This document shows positions 55,851 to 64,000 of a stretch of 64,000 bases of DNA, in pieces; the first letter of the stretch is position 1, and the number at the start of each line of letters is the position of its first letter. The notes under the pieces are model-generated. The model was not told where the DNA came from. It did not search any database and saw only the letters and a program-made list of their open reading frames with translations. Origin of the DNA: Octopus vulgaris (Eukaryota). The stretch lies in the NCBI GenBank assembly GCA_951406725.2, contig OX597814.1:167586001-167650000 (forward strand), written 5' to 3'. A program made the translations under genes and the position numbers.

Positions 55851-56404
55851 GGAATTGCTGAAACAAAACCATCTCACCCTTGCTGGTATAATAAAACGGG
55901 TGAAATTGGGCATGTGTGTCTACTACTATAACCCTGAACTGACCAAAAAATATCACCATGTGTGTGTGTATGTCTGTGTTTGTCTCTCCTTCATTGCTTG
56001 ACAACTAGTGTTGATTTGTTACATTCCCAAAACAGATCAAGAGAATAATTATCAATCTTTAATAATAATTTAGAAATCCTGGTTGGGGTCAATCTGTTCT
56101 GGTAGACCTTCCAGACTGTTCCCCAGCATGGCTGCAGTCCAAGTAAAAAATAAAAGATATATTTGTGTATGTGTGTGCTTACACACACACGCACACACAC
56201 ATCTTTTTTTTATGTATCTCGTATAAATCCTACTACCTATTTCAGTGTAATGCTTAGGTTATCAATCCATATTTATCAGATTACTCAGTCACATTTTTCT
56301 AAACACAACATGGGTTTTATGAGGTAAACATAAGCACAGAAACTCTAGTGTGCATACACATACCCATGCCAGCATGGAGAAGGGACATTTAAATGATGGT
56401 GATG

Positions 56405-56781
56405 ATTTACTCTTTACTCTTTTACTTGTTTCAGTCATTTGACTGTAGCCATGCTGGAGCACCACCTTTAGTTGATCAAATCGACCCCAGGACTTATTCT
56501 TTGTAAGCCTAGTACTTATTCTATTGGTCACTTTTACCGAACTGCTAAGTTACAGGGACGTAAACACACCAGCATTGGTTGTCAAGCGGTGTTGGTTGGA
56601 CAAACATGCACACATATATACGACGAGCTTCTTTCAGTTTCCGTCTACCAAATCCACTCACAAGGCTTTGGTCAGCCCGAGGCTATAGTAGAAGACACTT
56701 GCCCAAGATGCCACGCAGTGGGACTGAACCCGGAACCATGTGGTTGGTAAGCAAGCTACTTACCACACAGCCACTCCTGCA
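56405..56781 (-). mobile_element. SINE family A, young copy
   Basis: Full length, from the ttactctttactcttttacttgtttcagtc tail to the ccacacagccactcctgc head. Confidence 0.92.
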
Positions 56782-56984
56782 TGTATTTTGTGTGTGTGTG
56801 TGTGTGCATGCAAACTGACTCTATATCCCTTTACATCAGTGAAAGCAAATTTGTACCCTTTATTTATTCTTATTTTAAAAAAATTTTCTGTCATAGATTA
56901 ATATATCATTTATTCTATTTAGAATTTTCTTTATTTAGTAAATTGATCAAGAAACTTATGAGGTGTTCTATTTCCCATATTTAA

Positions 56985-57204
56985 CCCTTTCGTTACCAAC
57001 CCGGCTAAAACCGGCTTTGGCTCTGTAGTATAAATGTCTTCTTTTCATAAGTTTTCAATTAAAATCTTCCACTAAATCTTAGTCACAATTTATGTTCTTA
57101 ACACTAGCTGAATGATAACTAAGTTATTTTACTAAATTCTTTGTTATATTTAAAATAATTGAAAGAAACACAGAGCATCTCAAATAAATACGGTAGCAAA
57201 AGGG
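56985..57204. mobile_element. piggyBac-type MITE, family P2
   Basis: TTAA-ccctttcgttacc ... ggtagcaaaaggg-TTAA. Confidence 0.9.
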
Positions 57205-58514
57205 TTAAAGTTTCTATTTTTCAAAATACAATGTGCAGTATTTAAGTTTAGAAGTCAATTTTTTGCTGGTCTTTATTACACTTTCGATTGCTATATGTGC
57301 ATCTGTTTCTGATTAAATGCTTTTCCATGCTGCTTTACAAAATATTTTAGAATACACAATGTGCAACATCCAACATTTTTATCACCACACAAAATAGAAA
57401 TCACTAAACAAAGCTAACCTACATAATTCATGGAGAACTAAGATGAATAGACATGTTTGCATTCTTAAACAGCTGACATTTCTTCATTGTTATTGGACTT
57501 ATTCTCATGGTGTACTATTTTGTCATTGTATTTATTACATTATGTGGACTACCTTGTAAAGTATCCTAAGATATTTTGTTGTCTCCAGGACAATGTCTTT
57601 GGTTGATATTAATATCACATTGAGTTTTATTGAATATTCAGTTGACATTTGACTGTTTTAGTATTCAAATGAAATATATAAAGAGCACTCGTATATGTAC
57701 ATGTTGTGTGTGTAACTATACACTGTTTTCTTCTAAGTTTCTTTTGATATTTTTTTTCATCAGCCAAATAATATTAAACATCTTCAAATTAAGAACAAAA
57801 TTATCTTAGTATTATTGAAAAAAAATCATTTATTCAAATTATCTGAGGATAGTAGCCTGATAGTCATGCATTGAAAATGTTACAAAAAATATTTTGTTTT
57901 TCACTCAAATATTTGCTGTTGCTAACTTTTACTATAGGTTGCCCACTATGCTCTAAATGGCAAGTTCATTCATTTAAAATATATTTTTTTTAAGTTGCCA
58001 GTTTTGAAAACAGGTTTTCTGTCTTAATTATGAATTAAGAACTTAATTCTTGAATAAATTTGAAAAATTTCTAAGAACACTTTTATGAGAATATCTAAGA
58101 ATATCTTCTGTTCATCTTAAATGTTAATGGTTTTTCTTCTTCCATAATATAACTTTGTTGATTTGGAAGACTTGAGAGTCTATTTCCAAACTCATACTAA
58201 ATGTTGACTGAAGGAAATGTGTTTAGAAAAAGAAATGTAACTTAAATTGAAGGAGCAAGGTTAATTGGGTGAGATTCGATTGCTTTAATGAGATGAGAAA
58301 TCAATATGATAAATTAGAAATGTAAAGGCTTTTATCAAAAATCTTTTATAGGATTGGTGAACAAAATCTAACAGAAACAGTTGGCTGATAAGGTGGTTTT
58401 CTCCTAAATTAAAAAAAAAAGTATCAGATGTCAAATATTAAATCTTAGCATTTGGTAGTAAAATAGAAAAATCTTCCTATTTAATAGTGGTGCTATACTT
58501 CTTATTTGTCAACC

Positions 58515-58620
58515 CTAAAAGACAAACTTAATCTTGACAGTATTTGAATTCAAAGCACAGGCAACTAAAAGACAAACTTAATCTTGACAGTATTTGAATT
58601 CAAAGCACAGGCAACTAAAA
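58515..58620. repeat. Perfect 50-bp tandem duplication
   Basis: ctaaaagacaaacttaatcttgacagtatttgaattcaaagcacaggcaa twice, then ctaaaa. Confidence 0.95.
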
Positions 58621-58924
58621 CAAAGACATTTTAGTCTCAAATTTATTATAAAATTTATGTATCACCATGTTTGGTGATCACATAAAATTTGATATTCCCT
58701 TTAAGAAAATATCCCATTGTACCTGAATAAAATAATAAAACATTACAACATAAAAGAGCAGCTTAGCTATAGCAGAAATAAAAAACAAGCTACCTGAATG
58801 TTTAAGCATAAATTAAAGTGGAAGTGAATAGTGAAAAAAACATTAATATTCTAGACAACAGCTGAAGAAAGGTTACCTACTAATTGGCATGAAGTAGCTC
58901 ACTAACAAACTCCAACCTCTAATC

Positions 58925-59125
58925 CAGTGCTTTTCAAATGTTTTGCTGGAGCGGAAGCCCAAGGAGACATTCCACTGGCTCGAGGAACCCCTGTGCAATA
59001 ATTTAATAGTCTTATGCACACATATCTGCACAGGAGAATTAAAAATTACTGCCAATTTTAGCAGTTTTGTAACTTCTTGCGGAACCCCTGAACTGTACTG
59101 GCGGAACCCTGGTTGAAAACTACTG
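58925..59125 (-). mobile_element. hAT (Charlie-like) MITE, family H1
   Basis: Reverse complement of 23316-23516; perfect 8-bp TSD ctctaatc. Confidence 0.93.
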
Positions 59126-60421
59126 CTCTAATCCGTAGATGTGTTGTTGCCTCTCTTTCCATCTCAATACTACTGTAGCCTCTTCTTTTCAGGACTGGTT
59201 GGCCTCATGCCACCTCCACTCAAGCATTCTCAACTCATCTCTTCTGCATATTCTAGCCACTCCCTACTTCTCATGTGTATAACCACTAATTGAGAAATTG
59301 GACTACCTTTGTTGGGATAGTGCTTAGGGGATGTATGTCAAGTTCGCGTTCATTACCATCAAAGACATTATTTCTTGCACAGGTTTTCACATCTTTATTT
59401 CCTTACTGATGTTAGCAGACTTCAGTTCCTATAAAGCCCTGAATTCTGTGTTGTCTGCAAATCTTTTGGCTTCATTAATTATCATTATTAAATGTGAATT
59501 ATCCTCTCATCTATCATTCAGTGCTTTTATTTTTTTTTAAAAGTCCTTCAAGTTCTTGTTCCTATGAGAATGAATTATGAAACCATGTATACTGTTTTTG
59601 AAGTATAATCAATCTCTTGGTCATCTGCTTGCTTTTGTCATTCACTGATAATTTTGTGACCCCATCAATTCTTGTTGCTGCTGGCACTATACTTTCCAGT
59701 TTAATCTACCACTTTCAGCTTCTAAACAATAGTCTTCTGGATACTTTTCTTCTAATCATAATCATTGTGGATAAATGAGTCTTCCAGTCTTTAGTATCTA
59801 CACTATACTGTTATGATCTTTATTTATTGTAATAATTTACACATTATAGTAAACCTTCCAAGTGCACTGAAATAACAGTTTATAATGAGCATCAGTGCAT
59901 ATTTTTCACTGTGCACTGTTACATGATATTGATGCTACCCTGTAAGCATTGCTAAAAAAGAATTTCTGTACAGCTTCAATGAAAAGACTTAAGGTAGGGG
60001 TGTCTATTATGAAGATATAATAATGACCATAACAATTCACTAACAGCTATTGCTTAACTTTAAGAATTTAAGAATTTAGTATTGTACAAAATAAATTGTC
60101 TCAGGACAACCAGATTTAAATTCTATAAGAATTTTTTTTTTGGGGATTTTAAATTAAAGTTGCATCAATTAAAAAAAAATAAGGATACTTGATTAATTAT
60201 TGCAATATTACTTGGGCAAAGGAGAAGATATAGTTATTCAAAGCAATCAACAGTTTGGAGAAATATTAGTCAGCAAGTGGTTTCAGATTTGCTTGTAACA
60301 TTCTGGACTGTTTGCTTGGGCTTCAATACATAATATACACCATCAAATATGATAAATGATTCATTCCAGTTAATGGTGGTAACTTAAAACATCTCCATAG
60401 GTCTGTCAGTAATGTATTTAA

Positions 60422-60640
60422 CTCTTTAGCATTCAGATTACTATCAAACATAATGCTTATTTATTCACATTGTTTTGAAGTAATCCTGCATTATCTTGTC
60501 ACTAAGGGACTTTCATGATGTGATTGCTTATTTTTAGAATAACAGTGTAGGATAGGTGTGAGGGTGCCAGATCAGGCCAGTTCTAACATAGAATTGGTAG
60601 AACATGTTGGCTGGATATGGCCGGTTTGAATGCTAAAGGG
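60422..60640. mobile_element. piggyBac-type MITE, family P1
   Basis: TTAA-ctctttagcattca ... tgaatgctaaaggg-TTAA. Confidence 0.9.
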
Positions 60641-60699
60641 TTAATGTACAAAAATATATAGTATCTTATCAGGAAATAGGGTTGAATCAGTAGAACATG

Positions 60700-61400
60700 A
60701 GAAGCCCAACAAAGAAACCATATATATTAACCACATCTCTGCTGTAATTAGAAATCTAGTCTCAAGTATCAGTAAAAGAACCTGTAACCTTTCAGCAGTC
60801 AGAGAAATCTTTAACAGAGCTACCACTCATTACAATTAGGCATTAGCAAGGAGTGGATTCACTGAGAAATTAATATGTGGAAGATCCCCCCACCCCTCCA
60901 CTCCAAGATAACCAAAAAGCAAAAGATAATCTGTTTCACCTTCCATTTAACTTAAAAGTTTCTACCAACATTGCTAGGAGATTCCTGTTGTTAACCAAGA
61001 AGTATTTCCCTACAGACCATAAGTCCTATAAGCTCTTCAAACCCTACTACATTAAGATTAGTTACTTCTGCTTAGACAACATTGCTGCTAACATTCCATG
61101 CTACAATAGATGCAAGCATACACATACCCCTATCTGTAATTTCTGAAATGCTACCAGCTGCCCTCCTGGAGTATCCTGCCCTTCAAGGCAGTGGTCTATA
61201 GAGCCACCTTCACACTATCTGATGGCATCACAAGTTGTCCTCCAAATGCAGGGATAGGAACAACTCCTCCAATATCAAATGGTGTATCACTGATAGGGCA
61301 CCAGGGCTAATAATTACCAACTCTGCCTTTACGAAAGACTATATTTTCTCTACCAATCTGTAGTATCCATCAACAGGAAGAATGGACTATAATGCCACCA
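60700..61400 (+). pseudogene. Decayed Penelope-like element (post-RT region to endonuclease), different family from 39799
   Basis: KPNKETIYIN...IFNRATTHYN*ALARSGF; LPFNLKVSTNIARRFLLL..KYFP..HK.YKLF...IKISY.C; CN...CP; VVYRAT. Confidence 0.75.
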
Positions 61401-62001
61401 GAGATATGTCCTGCTAGTGGAGTTCAAGCCACTAACTGACAATAATTCAGATATATCACCTTAGGTCTTGCTACCCCACACACAAGGGCAGGTTACTTAA
61501 CCCCCTGTTACTTGTACAGGCCACAGATTTATTCATGCAGATCATCTAGCCTTTCTTTATTCTTTCTTTACCTAGCACCAACAAATCTTAATCCAATGAG
61601 AGATCTGGTCATTCCCTCCAAATTGCTACCACAACTAATTGACAATAAATACAGCAGATCAATACCCCAGCACATGTGCACTGCTGTCCCATATGTGCAA
61701 CCACCAGATACACACTTCTATTCACACATGCAAGATGTGAACTCACATACACAACAGAGACATATACATGTTCATACACATTCACCAGATATATAAATAG
61801 ATAAACTTCTGACCAGCTGTACCTCTCAGTTGTAAAATGAACACACACACACAGCTGATACAAATGCACACATATGCATGTACATTCACGTGCACACACC
61901 ACATGTACGCACACACACATCAGGTACATACATACACCAATAAACTGATATCAGCAATGCTCTCTCATAGACACACACATGCACACACACAGCAGTTAAA
62001 T

Positions 62002-62419
62002 CTCTCTTTACTCTTTTACTTGTTTCAGTCATTTGACTGCGGCCATGCTGGAGCACCGCCTTTTTTTTAAATCGAGCAATTCGACCCCGGGACTTATTCT
62101 TTGTAAGCCCAGTACTTATTCTATCGGTCTCTTTTGCCGAACCACTAAGTGACAGCGACGTAAACACACCAGCATCGGTTGTCAAGCAATGCTAGGGGGA
62201 CAAACACAGACACACAAACATACACCCACACACACATATATATATACATATATACGACAGGCTTCTTCTAGCTTCCATCTACAAAATCCACTCACAAGGC
62301 TTTGGTCGGCCTGAGTCTATAGCAGAAGACACTCACCCAAGGTGCCACGCAGTGGGACTGAACCTGGAATCATGTGGTTGGTAACAAGCTACTTACTACA
62401 CAGCCACTCCTGCGCCTAT
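62002..62419 (-). mobile_element. SINE family A, young full-length copy
   Basis: Near-exact reverse complement of 62644-63041. Confidence 0.93.
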
Positions 62420-62505
62420 GCATGCATGTACTAGATATACACATCCACATATGCAGCAGATACACCTGACACAAATCACATACATTCACACACATTAGGC
62501 GCACC

Positions 62506-63246
62506 CAGCGCTGGATTAACCATTAAGTAAAATATGCATATGTTTAAGGCATCAGGGGAAATAGGACACCTCAGAAATGGTAAATGGTTTGCAGCACAAA
62601 AGAAATCCCTTTAAACTTGTTAAAATAATAATCAGAATGGTTTATAGGTGCAGGAGTGGCTGTGGTAAGTAGCTTGCTAACCAACCACATGGTTCCGGGT
62701 TCAGTCCCACTGCGTGGCAGCTTGGGCAAGTGTCTTCTGCTATATCCCCGGGCCGACCAATGCCCCTTGAGTGGATTTGGTAGACGGAAACTGAAAGAAG
62801 CCTGTCATATATATGTATATATAAATATATATATGTGTGTGTGTGTTTGTCCCCCTAGCATTGCTTGACAACCGATGCTGGTGTGTTTACGTCCTCGTCA
62901 CTTAGTGGTTCGGCAAACAGACCAATAGAATAAGTACTGGGCTTACAAAGAATAAGTCCCGGGGTCGATTTGCTCGACTAAAGGCGGTGCTCCAGCATGG
63001 CCGCAGTCAAATGACTGAAACAACTAAAAGAGTAAAGAGAGTATATGATTAGAAATGTAATTTTGAAGTGTTCATGGTCTCATAGCAAGGATCTAATCAA
63101 AGTCTTTTGCAATTAAAAAAAATGGAGAAAATTTTTTTAAATATCAAGTGGATGAATACAAAGTAAACATTATTTTCCATCTTATGGTTAGTTTTGCTTC
63201 ACTTTGAAAAATAAATATTTACTTTATGGTTTATATTTTGAATTAC

Positions 63247-63288
<42 letters not shown>

Positions 63289-63342
63289 GGGCACCAAAAT
63301 CTTTTAAGTGTTTAGGGCCTCTATGGTCTTATGCCAGCACTA
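62506..63342. mobile_element. Possible old DNA-transposon derivative hosting the SINE at 62644
   Basis: Imperfect TIR-like ends cagcgctggattaa and ttatgccagcacta; no TSD found. Confidence 0.3.
62644..63041 (+). mobile_element. SINE family A, young full-length copy
   Basis: A box-like tggctgtggta, B box ggttcagtccc, CORE-like cttgggcaagt, and aaaagagtaaagag tail. Confidence 0.93.
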
Positions 63343-63384
63343 TATGTGAGCATGTACATGTGTGTCTGTGTATTCGTGATATCA

Positions 63385-63523
63385 GATCACTGGTGTATTA
63401 ATATCTGAAAGGATGAAAGGAAAAGTTGTCCATGATGGCATTTGAACTCAGAATGTAAAGTTGGAAGAAATGTTGCTTAGCATTTTGTCCAGCATTGTAA
63501 TGATTCTGCCAGCTCACCACCTT
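63385..63523 (-). mobile_element. SINE family C, 5' part
   Basis: gaaaggatgaaagg...tttgaactcagaatgtaaag...gattctgccagctcaccacctt. Confidence 0.8.
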
Positions 63524-64000
63524 ACTACTATTACTAGTATTAAATATCAAATGATCACACCCATACACACATATAACGATAATGAATATATCTATGTGTA
63601 TATTATATATGAAGTTATTACATGTTAAGTGTAGATTTCTGTACTTGATTTGGAAGACGGATGTAATAGAGGATCCCACTCAAAGAAAATGAAACGTACT
63701 TATGTAGAGTATTTCATTGCGTTTTTAACATTTAGAGACCCAATTTACATGAAGACAGTTTTTTGTTCACAAGCAAATTTGAATTCAAGTTAAAATTTAT
63801 AAATCTGAATTTTCAGAAAGTGCTTTATTGTTTAGTAGAATAGTAAACAATCATTTCAGCTAACTCAGAATCTTTTATGAAAGTAAATGATATTCCTTTC
63901 AAATTAATTGGGATCTAAAAATATTTCTTTCATCAAGGAAGCCATATAGTTTTATAATGAATGCAAAAAGCAAATATTTAAGTGCTGATTTCACTTTAAC

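Overview
AT-rich, microsatellite-dense eukaryotic DNA with no host protein-coding gene that I can support; it reads as intronic or intergenic. The repeat content looks like a coleoid cephalopod (Octopus-like), which is an inference from recognising the repeats, not a search result. Contents: two 5'-truncated RTE-clade LINEs with open RT frames, each carrying a PHD-type C4HC3 finger just after the RT core; many short 3' fragments of the same LINE, often inside (TA)n tracts; three tRNA-derived SINE families; hAT-type and piggyBac-type MITEs with target-site duplications; a decayed piggyBac transposase; a Gypsy gag-protease relic split by a pogo-like element; two Penelope-like (PLE) fragments; two Helitron-like elements; and a 3.1 kb (TA)n array. 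The most interesting signal is a set of five minimal hammerhead-ribozyme-like motifs. One lies just downstream of a Penelope GIY-YIG ORF and has a U3-A8 compensated core. Related AT-rich elements carry long foldback hairpins, which suggests a family of PLE-derived, ribozyme-bearing non-autonomous elements. All alignments and folds were done by eye.
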